The translations under genes were made by a program, and so were the position numbers. From contig DASWXL010000034.1 in the NCBI GenBank assembly GCA_036405495.1, positions 1 through 50,861 of the forward strand: a stretch of DNA of 50,861 nucleotides. The letters are read 5' to 3'. The stretch comes from Sphingobacteriaceae bacterium (GTDB lineage Bacteria > Bacteroidota > Bacteroidia > Sphingobacteriales > Sphingobacteriaceae). Below the pieces are notes generated by a model that was not told where the DNA came from, ran no database searches, and saw only the letters and a list, made by a program, of their open reading frames with translations. Below are positions 36,146 to 45,228 of this stretch, piece after piece. Each line of letters begins with the position of its first letter. Position 1 is the stretch's first letter.

Positions 36146-38278
36146 ATGACGAACCAAAGCCGCGAGATCACAGGTTTCTTATTTGGTCAGTATTTTTCAG
36201 ACGGGATACGGATCACGGTAGGCGTACTCCTGCCCTCGCTCGTCCTGGCATATTTCGATCAGCTTGCATTGGGTCTCATCCTGTCATTGGGCGCCCTGTG
36301 CGCCAGCATTGCGGATACTCCCGGCCCCGTTATTCATAAGCGGAACGGGATGCTTTACTGCAACCTGTTTTGTTTTCTTACCGCTCTCCTAACCGGATGG
36401 GCCAGCTCTTCGCCGGTTTTCCTTAGCTTGATCATTTTTGGGCTGGCATTCTTTTATTCCATGTTCCTGGTATACGGTAACCGGGCTTCGGCTGCCGGTA
36501 TATCTGCATTGCTGGTCATGGTGCTTTCACTCGATCAGGACTGGAGCAAGATCAATCTCTGGTACTATGCCTTTTTCATCCTTGGCGGCGGCCTCTGGTA
36601 TATGGCGCTCAGTTTGTCTATCTCCCAGATCCGCCCATACCGTCTGGCTCAACAGGCTCTCGGCGAGAGTATCCGCGAGGTTGCGGTGTTTCTTCGGAAT
36701 AAAGCTGAATTTTATCAGGATGACCTCGATTATGAAAAGGCGTTTCGTAAGCTGATCGACCAGCAGGTAATCGTTCATAACCAGCAGGATATTGTGCGGG
36801 AGCTGCTTTTTAAGAACCGCGTGGTAATGAAAGAATCAACCAGGATCGGGAGGCTGATGATCCTGGTGTTTGTGGACGTGGTAGACCTGTTCGAGCAAAC
36901 CATGGCAACATACTATGATTACCAGGCCATCAGGAAGAATTTCAGGGATACCGGCGTTTTATCAGCATTTCAGCGACTGATCACAAAAATGGCCGGGGAA
37001 CTTGACAATATCAGTCATTACATCATCATCAATAAGGTACCTGAAAAGCTTCATAACCTCCACCATGAGCTTGAAGCGGTAAAGGCAGCCATCGATCAGA
37101 TCGAAAAGCAGGGTTTGAATGTATTTGTACTTAAAAAGATCCTCATCAACGCCCGGAACATAACTAACCGGCTGGATAAGATCTATAGCTATTTTGAAGC
37201 GAAACTGTCTGAGAAGGAGCTGAAGCCCAATACATCCAACCTGACCAAGTTTGTGTCGCATCAGAGTTTCGACCCCAAGCTGTTTCTCGATAACTTAAAC
37301 TTCAAATCGTCCATTTTCCGTTATGCGCTTCGCTTTGCCATCGTTTGTCTGGCCGGATACACGATCTCTAAACTCTTCCTGTTCGGCACGCACAGCTATT
37401 GGATATTGCTCACCATCCTGGTGATCCTTAAACCGGGTTTCACCGTTACAAAACAGCGAAACTACCAGCGGCTAATCGGCACATTTGCAGGTGCAGTTAT
37501 TGGAGCCGCCATCGTATACTTTATTAAGGATGAAACGTTCCTGTTCGTTTTGCTGCTGTTCTTTATGATCGCCTCATATAGCTTTCAACGCCTAAATTAT
37601 ACAGTAAGTGTACTCTTTATGACGCCGTATGTGCTTATTCTGTTCGCGTTGTTAGGGCTTGGCGGACTTAATGTCGCGGAAGAGCGCATCATCGATACGC
37701 TGGTAGGCTGTTTGATCTCCTTTATCGCCAGCTATACGCTGCTGCCAAGCTGGGAGTACTATCAGTTAAGGACGTACGCGCGTGAAGTGCTTGTAGCTAA
37801 TTATAACTACCTGTGCATTGCAGCCAACGGCTTTACCGGCAACTCCCCCGACTCGCACAGGCACAAGCTGGCCCGCAAAGCTGTTTATGTAGCTTCAGCA
37901 AACCTGAGTTCGTCATTTCAACGCATGCTTTCCGAACCGCGGAATAAACAGCGTAACTCTAAAGACCTTCATAAATTTCTTGTGCTTAACCATAGCTTGT
38001 CTTCTTACATCGCTACATTGATCTCTCCACGGCAGTCGCCCGAAACGCGGACGGGAACGATCGATCAGATAAAACTCCTACGGCGATCGCTGTACCTGCT
38101 TTCTGAAGCCGTAAAGACGATCGATGCAAACAACCCGATTAAGGAACAAGAATTGCCACTGCCGGAATACGTAAGTCAGGAACCCGTAACAGAAGAAAAC
38201 AGACTGATCTCCGAACAGCTGGAATTTGTTGAAAAAATAACCCGCGACATTCAAAAGCTTAGCGAAAAGCTGGTATAG
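36146..38278 (+). CDS. FUSC/YccS-family integral membrane protein
   Basis: Two hydrophobic bundles (N-terminal and central) are separated and followed by long soluble helical regions. At 710 aa, the architecture is typical of the YccS/YhfK/fusaric-acid-resistance-like family. Confidence 0.75.
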   Translation: MTNQSREITGFLFGQYFSDGIRITVGVLLPSLVLAYFDQLALGLILSLGALCASIADTPGPVIHKRNGMLYCNLFCFLTALLTGWASSSPVFLSLIIFGLAFFYSMFLVYGNRASAAGISALLVMVLSLDQDWSKINLWYYAFFILGGGLWYMALSLSISQIRPYRLAQQALGESIREVAVFLRNKAEFYQDDLDYEKAFRKLIDQQVIVHNQQDIVRELLFKNRVVMKESTRIGRLMILVFVDVVDLFEQTMATYYDYQAIRKNFRDTGVLSAFQRLITKMAGELDNISHYIIINKVPEKLHNLHHELEAVKAAIDQIEKQGLNVFVLKKILINARNITNRLDKIYSYFEAKLSEKELKPNTSNLTKFVSHQSFDPKLFLDNLNFKSSIFRYALRFAIVCLAGYTISKLFLFGTHSYWILLTILVILKPGFTVTKQRNYQRLIGTFAGAVIGAAIVYFIKDETFLFVLLLFFMIASYSFQRLNYTVSVLFMTPYVLILFALLGLGGLNVAEERIIDTLVGCLISFIASYTLLPSWEYYQLRTYAREVLVANYNYLCIAANGFTGNSPDSHRHKLARKAVYVASANLSSSFQRMLSEPRNKQRNSKDLHKFLVLNHSLSSYIATLISPRQSPETRTGTIDQIKLLRRSLYLLSEAVKTIDANNPIKEQELPLPEYVSQEPVTEENRLISEQLEFVEKITRDIQKLSEKLV

Positions 38279-38283
38279 CTTTT

Positions 38284-39534
38284 CTATTCCAGCATCAGTG
38301 TATCGGCATCATCAGTTAAGCTCAGCTGAATAGTGTCACTACCGGCAATGCCCTCTATCGAGCCCCGGATATGAGCTGCATTCAACAGCACTTTTTCCAG
38401 CTGCTTCTCGCGCGCCTTCCACAGTCTTTCCATAGCATCGCGTTCTTTCTGGATAGATAACTTCATACTCATAAAACCTTCACGGATCGCTTTCCACTGT
38501 TCCGAAAACTCGCTGCTGGTCAGGTAGTCATACAGCATATGCATCTTTTCCCCCTTATTTTCCTGCGAGCGACTGGCATTAGCCAGTTTAATGATACTAT
38601 CACGAAGGATATACGCAACTGCCTTTGCTTCGTCAAAGGAGCATATCCATACACCATCCTTCTCACCAAAGCAATCCATTCCTTTAGGATAGGCCTGCGT
38701 AACGATAACCGCCACATCCACGCCGATGCTGCGCATGTCTTTTTTCAGTTTCTCGATCCACTCTGCCGAAAAATCCTTAGTACGTTTACTTTCATAGATG
38801 ATCTGGCCGCATTCCTGCCCAAACTGATTCCTCACGGTCTGAATACAATCGGCACCCCGCACCCCTTTTCCAACTTCCGTTATGACATCGAAAGGAAAAC
38901 TTGAACGAAGCATTTCTTCGAGAATAAGTTCCTGTACTTCGCCCTGCAGCTGCATGGAGCCTTGTTCAGCCTTTCGCTTCATCTCTTCCGCCAGTTTTTT
39001 CTGATCCTCCAGTTGTTTTTCTAACTCTTTTAATTTTAACTGAAACTCAGTTTCTTTGAGCTGAATACGTTCGTTTTCCTGCTTCCGGATCTGCTCAGCC
39101 AGTTCCCCGCGCTGTTCCTGGAGTTTACGCTGCAGCTGAATCTCCAGTTCTTCTTCTTTATTCTTCAGGTCCTGCTCTTTCTTGAGGAATTCCAGCTCCT
39201 TCTGACGTGCTAACTTAAGTTTTTCTTCATTATCCTTATTGGAGTTCTCCAGCATCTGCAGTTTGTTCTCGAAATCAGAGGCGATCGTTTTCCGCAAATT
39301 CTCTTCTAACGATCGTTGAAGCGCCTGCTTTTCAAGGGCTAGCTGCTTATCAAACTCCAGCTTCTGCTGTTGCTCTTTCTTTGAGAACTCTTCAAGGCGC
39401 TTTTGGAATTCATCATCCTGCTTTTTTTTATAGCTCTGCATTTGAGCGCGAAGCTCCTTTTTATACTCTTCCGTCATAGCTTCCTCGATCGGAAACGTAT
39501 GACCACATCCTGGACACTTTACTTCTGTTGCCAT
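38284..39534 (-). CDS. DUF2130-like protein: N-terminal CxxC knuckle, long coiled coil, C-terminal PD-(D/E)xK-like module
   Basis: KCPGCGH at residues 6-12 and ~180 aa of K/E/Q-rich heptad-like sequence. The C-terminal block is GVRGADCIQTV...GQIIYESKRTK (D...E-x-K). Confidence 0.75.
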   Translation of the reverse strand: MATEVKCPGCGHTFPIEEAMTEEYKKELRAQMQSYKKKQDDEFQKRLEEFSKKEQQQKLEFDKQLALEKQALQRSLEENLRKTIASDFENKLQMLENSNKDNEEKLKLARQKELEFLKKEQDLKNKEEELEIQLQRKLQEQRGELAEQIRKQENERIQLKETEFQLKLKELEKQLEDQKKLAEEMKRKAEQGSMQLQGEVQELILEEMLRSSFPFDVITEVGKGVRGADCIQTVRNQFGQECGQIIYESKRTKDFSAEWIEKLKKDMRSIGVDVAVIVTQAYPKGMDCFGEKDGVWICSFDEAKAVAYILRDSIIKLANASRSQENKGEKMHMLYDYLTSSEFSEQWKAIREGFMSMKLSIQKERDAMERLWKAREKQLEKVLLNAAHIRGSIEGIAGSDTIQLSLTDDADTLMLE

Positions 39535-39579
39535 TAAAACTAAGGAATTTGTGCTGAAGATAAGGGAAATTCACGATTG

Positions 39580-40326
39580 TTAAATGGATTGTGGATTACT
39601 AAAAAAGTAACGCCACTGCAGATGGGCACACAGGCCTTCCAGTTCGGGAAAAATAGTGAATGCGTTTACGCCGAGCGTGTTGAGGTCGGCGCGGATCTCA
39701 ACAAATTTATCGGCGGGTATTTTAATCTTTAACAACTTGTTTTTAAATGTATTGGTCTGGTTAAGCTCAATTTTTTCTTTGATCTCGGCGGTAGCCTGTA
39801 TAGAGAAAACACCTGATTGATTATTGATACGCTGCTTGATGATCCTTGGCCGGAAGATCTTGGTTAGCGTCATCTCAAACGGATGCACTTCTTCTGTCTT
39901 CAGATCGAAGTCTGTTTCCTCTCCCATAAGTATCCAGACCACCGAACACGTCGATAATTCCGCCGCAAGTGGATCGGTACCCGTAGCAAACCAAAGGGCG
40001 GTTAGTGCATTATTCGACCAGTCAAGCAGCCGGGTCGGTAGTCCGAAATGCTGACCGAGGGTCAGAAAGTCCCAGTCGTCATACCGGGCGTATGTATCCA
40101 GCAACAGCGGATTGCTGCGTTTAAATTCATGCAGCAGCGACCTTTCGGTTGTCAGCAGATCATCTTTAGGCTTGAGACGGGCGATCTTGGGAATCAAAGG
40201 ATGATCGACCGACTGGCCCCGGAAGAGAAAATCTTCTGTATTGCCGCGCTGTATGTTGCGGTCTTTCCATTCCTTAATGACTTTCAGATATTCTTCGACC
40301 GTGGTTATTTCCTCTTCGCCGATCAT
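39580..40326 (-). CDS. FRG domain-containing protein
   Basis: LFRGQS motif, LGQHFGLPTRLLDWSNNALTALWFA and QRINNQSGVF match the FRG-domain signature blocks. Confidence 0.85.
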   Translation of the reverse strand: MIGEEEITTVEEYLKVIKEWKDRNIQRGNTEDFLFRGQSVDHPLIPKIARLKPKDDLLTTERSLLHEFKRSNPLLLDTYARYDDWDFLTLGQHFGLPTRLLDWSNNALTALWFATGTDPLAAELSTCSVVWILMGEETDFDLKTEEVHPFEMTLTKIFRPRIIKQRINNQSGVFSIQATAEIKEKIELNQTNTFKNKLLKIKIPADKFVEIRADLNTLGVNAFTIFPELEGLCAHLQWRYFFSNPQSI

Positions 40327-40413
40327 ACAGGCAATTTATTTCTATAAAACGGGCAGAGACGGAAATGTTTGGAGCACGTATGAGTAAATGTACACAGCAC
40401 TGAACAAGAGTAT

Positions 40414-40421
40414 TACATTTG
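40414..40421 (+). promoter_or_regulatory. Candidate -7 box (TACATTTG) for the alpha/beta hydrolase gene
   Basis: Exact TAnnTTTG match ending 20 nt upstream of the ATG at 40442. Confidence 0.4.
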
Positions 40422-40441
40422 TCTTGCCTATTACATTAATA

Positions 40442-41425
40442 ATGAAACGACTGATACTTATTTTAGGGATACTGTTTCTAAACCCGGATCTGCGGGCCCA
40501 GGCTATTGATACGGTTCGATTCAATAGCGGAAAGTCTGCTCTTACGGGTATCCTTGTACGCCCGGTTGCTGCCGGGCCAGGTAAAAAAATTCCCGTTGTA
40601 ATAGTTTTACATTATGCCGGTGGCGGCTTACATTCGAACCCGCTGTACCAGGTCCTGGCGAAAGATCTGAATAGCATCGGCATCAGTGCATTCCTGTATG
40701 ACAGAAGAGGAGAAGGGCTCTCAAACAACGGAAAAGTTGACCCGGATTACTTCGATCTGGCAGATGACGCCCGTTCTGCAATTGAAAAGCTGAAGACGCT
40801 CTCAAATATTGATACGTCCCGGATCGGTCTCTATGGCGTTAGTCAGGGCTGCTGGATCGCAGCGATCACGAATACGCTGGTCGCCGATATCAAATTTCAA
40901 ATACTGGTATCCCCGAGTACAATAGCTCCTTCTCCGCAAATGGATTATGCTGCATGGGTCAATCTAAAGCAAAAAGGCTTTCAGCCACATAGCATTGATA
41001 GTGCGCTGAAACTGAGGAATGTGATTGACGACTTCTACAGAGGCAAGATATCCCGGGAATATGCTGCAGAACAGCGAAGACTTGCGGAAAAGGAAGAATG
41101 GTTTCCGGAGGCGTACATATTCGACCTGGACGAAACTCCTGAAACAGGAACCTGGCGACAAAACATGGACTTTGATCCGCTGATCTTTTTTAAAAGATCT
41201 GCTCAGCCTAAATTGGTTTTCTACGGCGAATACGATAAGTGGGTACCTATCGAACGGGGTATTGACGACTGGAACAAACTGGCGCTTGACGATCTGACGA
41301 TTAAAAGAATAGCCAACACTGGTCACCTGATGATCATAAACGAAAAACATGAGCCCGTTACACCGGTATTCTCCGATGATTACCGAAATGCCCTCAAAGA
41401 ATGGGCCAGATCGATCGTGCATTGA
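40442..41425 (+). CDS. Secreted alpha/beta hydrolase
   Basis: I prefer the ATG at 40442 (MKRLILILGILFL signal peptide). Nucleophile elbow GVSQGCW, and a C-terminal His in NTGHLM. Confidence 0.75.
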   Translation: MKRLILILGILFLNPDLRAQAIDTVRFNSGKSALTGILVRPVAAGPGKKIPVVIVLHYAGGGLHSNPLYQVLAKDLNSIGISAFLYDRRGEGLSNNGKVDPDYFDLADDARSAIEKLKTLSNIDTSRIGLYGVSQGCWIAAITNTLVADIKFQILVSPSTIAPSPQMDYAAWVNLKQKGFQPHSIDSALKLRNVIDDFYRGKISREYAAEQRRLAEKEEWFPEAYIFDLDETPETGTWRQNMDFDPLIFFKRSAQPKLVFYGEYDKWVPIERGIDDWNKLALDDLTIKRIANTGHLMIINEKHEPVTPVFSDDYRNALKEWARSIVH

Positions 41426-41436
41426 GCTCGGTACGA

Positions 41437-42339
41437 CTAGAAATACCGATCATACGCCTCCCTGAACGTATTACAATGTGCCTCAACGATATCCGTAATC
41501 CGGTTTGAATATCCACCACCCATGCTGACCTGGACCGGAATACCTCGCGCCGCACAGTGATCAAACACCATACGATCGCGTTCCCTGCAGCCTTGTCTTG
41601 AAACGGCCAGTTTACCCAGCTTGTCGGTCGAAAGGACATCGACGCCTGAAAGGTAAAACACAAAATCCGGCTTCATATCGCTGAACACCTTTTTCAGTGC
41701 CTGACCTACGATGTCCAGATATTCCTGATCCTGAATACCGTCAGGCAGCCCGATATCAAGGTCAGACTGCTCCTTATGAAACGGGAAGTTCTTCTCGCCA
41801 TGGATGGAAAGGGTAAACACATCGGGCTCATTCCTGAATATCTGCGCTGTTCCGTTGCCTTGATGGACATCCAGATCGATCATTAATATCGTTCCGGCCA
41901 ACCTTTCTTTTAACAACCAGGTTGCCGCGATAGCCTGATCGTTGAGTAAACAAAAGCCTTCACCCCAGCTGGAACCCGAGTGGTGGGTTCCGCCGGCAAC
42001 GTTAAATGCCACCCCATATTCTAAAGCAAAACGGCAGCCATCTATGGTACCCTGGACTATTCGTCTCTCCCGCTCAACGAGTTGAGGCGTGAGCGGGAAA
42101 CCGATCCGGCGGATGTCCCTGGCATCCAGATCAAGATCATGCAAGCGCTCCCAATACTGCTTTTCATGTGCCAAAAGGATGATCTCTTCATCAACCGGAT
42201 CAGGACTAAAAAGATTTGCCGCCGTAATCAGGCCTTCATGCAGAAGTTGTTCGGGAATCAGCTCGTACTTGATCATCGGGAACCGGTGACCTTCGGGGAG
42301 CGGATGACAGTATATGGGATGATATGCTACCTTTAGCAT
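41437..42339 (-). CDS. Histone deacetylase-family (arginase fold) deacetylase / acetylpolyamine amidohydrolase-like
   Basis: GGTHHSGSSWGEGFCLLND and IDLDVHQGNG (metal-binding D-x-H) are characteristic. Confidence 0.85.
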   Translation of the reverse strand: MLKVAYHPIYCHPLPEGHRFPMIKYELIPEQLLHEGLITAANLFSPDPVDEEIILLAHEKQYWERLHDLDLDARDIRRIGFPLTPQLVERERRIVQGTIDGCRFALEYGVAFNVAGGTHHSGSSWGEGFCLLNDQAIAATWLLKERLAGTILMIDLDVHQGNGTAQIFRNEPDVFTLSIHGEKNFPFHKEQSDLDIGLPDGIQDQEYLDIVGQALKKVFSDMKPDFVFYLSGVDVLSTDKLGKLAVSRQGCRERDRMVFDHCAARGIPVQVSMGGGYSNRITDIVEAHCNTFREAYDRYF

Positions 42340-43628
42340 TGGCTAAGGATGTTCCGAAGCTGTTTGCCGAACTCGTACACTTCTTCGAAGGTATTATACA
42401 ATGGTACGGGGCTTACCCGGATCACATCAGGTTCGCGCCAGTCGCCTATAATACGACGTTCAACAAGTTTGTCGAAGATCATTTTACCGTTCTTCCTGGC
42501 AATCAACGACAACTGGCAACCCCGTTCGGACGGATCGGCAGGCGTTATTATCCGAAAGATCTCATCACCGGAGGCTGCATTAACATCACGGACCAAAAAC
42601 TCTAAAAATCCGGTTAGTTTTTCGCTTTTTGCCCGTAAAACCATCATGCCCCCCGCCTCTTCAAATATCTTTAATGAGGCTTTATGTGCCGACAGTAATA
42701 GAACCGGATTGCAACTTATCAACCAACCCTCGGCGCCTTTTTCGGGGATAAACCCTTTCTCCATCAGGAAGCGTGTTTTCTGTTGATACCCCCACCATCC
42801 GGCAAGCCTGTTCAAGTCACTGTTGAAGTGCCGTTCATGAACGAAGACACCACTAATGCCACCCGGACTGCTGTTCATGTATTTATATGAACACCAGCAG
42901 GCAAAATCGACATTCCAATCATGGAGGTTAAGAACAACGTTACCTGCCGCATGGGCCAGGTCAAAGCCGACGTACGCACCAACTGCGTGTCCCGCCTCGG
43001 TGAATTTTTTCAGGTTGAAAAGCTGGCCGGTGTAATAATTAATTCCGCCAAACAGGATCAGCGCCAGTTCATCGCCGTGGGTTTCAATGGCCGCCAGTAT
43101 ATCTTCTGAACGGAGCGTCTCCTCGCCTTCCCTCGGAAAAACCTCAATGATCGTATCATCAGGGTTAAGATCATGGAACCGTATCTGACTCTCTACGGCA
43201 TACTGGTCGGACGGAAAGGCTCCGCCTTCCATTAATATTTTAAATCGCTTTACCGTTGGCTTGTAAAAACTGACCATCATCAGATGTACATTTACTGTTA
43301 AGGTATTCATCGGAATAACCTCTTCCGGCTTTGCCCCAACGATGGGCGCCAGCAGGTGCTGTATCTCCTTATGATAGAATATCCAGGGATCATCGCCATC
43401 AAACCACCCCTCCACGGCGAGATCCCCCCAGTTATCCAGCTGCTGCTGAATATGATCTTTTACCGAACGGGGCTGTAAGCCGAGCGAGTTACCACACAGG
43501 TAAGTAATTTCTTTATCACTATGCCGGGGAATCAGGAACTTTTTTCTGAACCCATACAACGGATCCTGCCGGTCCAGCGAGCGCGCAAACTCGAGCGAGT
43601 TGGTGTAGTTCATGGACCAATGATACAA
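42333..43628 (-). CDS. kynU: Kynureninase
   Basis: LDRQDPLYGFRKKF...YLCGNSLGLQP, the CWCSYKYMNSSPG PLP-lysine region and GDWREPDVIRVSPVPLYNTFEEV. Confidence 0.9.
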   Translation of the reverse strand: MYHWSMNYTNSLEFARSLDRQDPLYGFRKKFLIPRHSDKEITYLCGNSLGLQPRSVKDHIQQQLDNWGDLAVEGWFDGDDPWIFYHKEIQHLLAPIVGAKPEEVIPMNTLTVNVHLMMVSFYKPTVKRFKILMEGGAFPSDQYAVESQIRFHDLNPDDTIIEVFPREGEETLRSEDILAAIETHGDELALILFGGINYYTGQLFNLKKFTEAGHAVGAYVGFDLAHAAGNVVLNLHDWNVDFACWCSYKYMNSSPGGISGVFVHERHFNSDLNRLAGWWGYQQKTRFLMEKGFIPEKGAEGWLISCNPVLLLSAHKASLKIFEEAGGMMVLRAKSEKLTGFLEFLVRDVNAASGDEIFRIITPADPSERGCQLSLIARKNGKMIFDKLVERRIIGDWREPDVIRVSPVPLYNTFEEVYEFGKQLRNILSQC

Positions 43629-43640
43629 AAAAAAGGAATG

Positions 43641-44759
43641 TTAAAAGTGACTTAGCTCGTCATCTATCTTTTTATTCCAGAGCTCTTGTGCTAGCCTGTC
43701 GGATCCATGGCGGGTTTCGGCATCGTATTGCAGTTGTAGCCTCGTCAGTTCACGTAACGCCTCCAGATACTGCGGCCCCAGATAGCTTTCATAATTACCG
43801 GCAGTCAGGCCGGCCGCTAAAGCCCGGTCTTTAAACCGACCGGCTATTATCCTTGCGATATCGAAATGCCGTTGCTCGTGGTTAAGTGCATAAGCATTCT
43901 GATTGCCCGGCCTTACCCATGAGGCACTTTTTGGAACAAAAACCTTGGTAATGATGGTTACGTGGAGAATGCCATCCTTCATCCCGATTTGCTGATCAAA
44001 GCCAAATCCCGCAAAGATTTCGGCAGCATAACGGTTGTTCCTGGGAACGTCCCTGAAATCATCCCACGTTAACGGACGGTCGGCCATATAATAAACCGTG
44101 TCCGGATCCTGTTTTCCGTATTCCTCAAAATACAGTTTAATGCCTTTGGCGAGCTTTACATTACCGGGAGCTTCACGATCGATCCACGTATTGAAATACT
44201 TAAGGGCTTCCGTAAGCGTCCGGGCGATCGCTGGCTCGATCACCGTTAAACTGGCAAGCGGCCGCGTATACCGGGCCGATCCTTCGTATTTGATCAGTTG
44301 CTCACTGCCTCCATCTTTTTCCAGCTTGAAATTCAATACAATACTGACCTGACCGTTCACACGGTCAGGTCCGGTAGCTGTTTCGGCAATTTCAAACTTC
44401 TTGACAAGGATCGTAACAGGGCGAAGGTTATGATTCCGGGGCAGACTGTTCAAAATAAACTGCTTCACCGCGTGAAAATCGCCTCCCTTCAGAGTCGCCG
44501 CTTGCGACAAGATCTTTTTGCTGTTTGGCGAGGACTCAACAAGTAATGATAATTTCTTTATGTCTGATCTTTCATCAGCAACACTCGAAACATAAAATTC
44601 TTTAGGTGTGAAGGAAACAGGCTTGCTGCGAAGCGGAATCGGGTCGATTACAGGAACGGCATAGCTTGCCATACCCCGGAAAAGGAAGCCCGTTAGCGTA
44701 ATAATCAATATCTTCAGGAAGTGCGTCTTCAAGTCTATGATACCAACGCCGTAAAACAC
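43641..44759 (-). CDS. Hypothetical exported protein with a C-terminal DUF922-like HExxH domain
   Basis: N-terminal hydrophobic anchor. The C-terminal third carries LNHEQRHFDI (HExxH). Confidence 0.55.
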   Translation of the reverse strand: MFYGVGIIDLKTHFLKILIITLTGFLFRGMASYAVPVIDPIPLRSKPVSFTPKEFYVSSVADERSDIKKLSLLVESSPNSKKILSQAATLKGGDFHAVKQFILNSLPRNHNLRPVTILVKKFEIAETATGPDRVNGQVSIVLNFKLEKDGGSEQLIKYEGSARYTRPLASLTVIEPAIARTLTEALKYFNTWIDREAPGNVKLAKGIKLYFEEYGKQDPDTVYYMADRPLTWDDFRDVPRNNRYAAEIFAGFGFDQQIGMKDGILHVTIITKVFVPKSASWVRPGNQNAYALNHEQRHFDIARIIAGRFKDRALAAGLTAGNYESYLGPQYLEALRELTRLQLQYDAETRHGSDRLAQELWNKKIDDELSHF

Positions 44760-44781
44760 AGTATATTATATCCATAAACGG

Positions 44782-45180
44782 CTAGTTCCGAACAGCCGTC
44801 ACCCGGGTTGACGCTTCAGACATGGTCTCGAAAACTATCTCTTTATCTGTCAGCTTTGATACCAGAAACGGAAACTCCCTCGTTCGGCCTCCTGCCAGGT
44901 TTTCTTTGTAGTAGATCAACTTTCCCTCCACCCTGAACTTACCATGAGAGATACGTTCACCTCCCCAGATAATCACCAGATCCTTTCCCTCCGTAAACCG
45001 GATAGAAGGATTTTGTAGTGCAACATCTTCAGCTGACATATTCTCAACAGGATTTTTAGGTGTTTCCACTTTAATATACTTCCATTCGCCATACAACTGA
45101 ACCGGCTTAATAGACTGATTGCATGCTGACAGGGTGAAAACAAAGCAGAATAACGAAAAGATCTTCAGTTTCGAAAACAT
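44782..45180 (-). CDS. Hypothetical lipoprotein (lipocalin-like size and pattern)
   Basis: Lipobox LSAC. 132 aa and beta-rich in appearance, with a GEWKY motif near the N-terminus. Confidence 0.5.
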   Translation of the reverse strand: MFSKLKIFSLFCFVFTLSACNQSIKPVQLYGEWKYIKVETPKNPVENMSAEDVALQNPSIRFTEGKDLVIIWGGERISHGKFRVEGKLIYYKENLAGGRTREFPFLVSKLTDKEIVFETMSEASTRVTAVRN

Positions 45181-45228
45181 AGGTAAAGATTGTATCCGGC
45201 TAAACTACAAACTTAATCACTACGAACA

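Noticed and set aside
36118-36339. 73-aa ORF overlapping the start of the FUSC gene
   Set aside because: It is out of frame with, and almost fully inside, the FUSC coding region. It is Arg/Pro-rich with no motifs.
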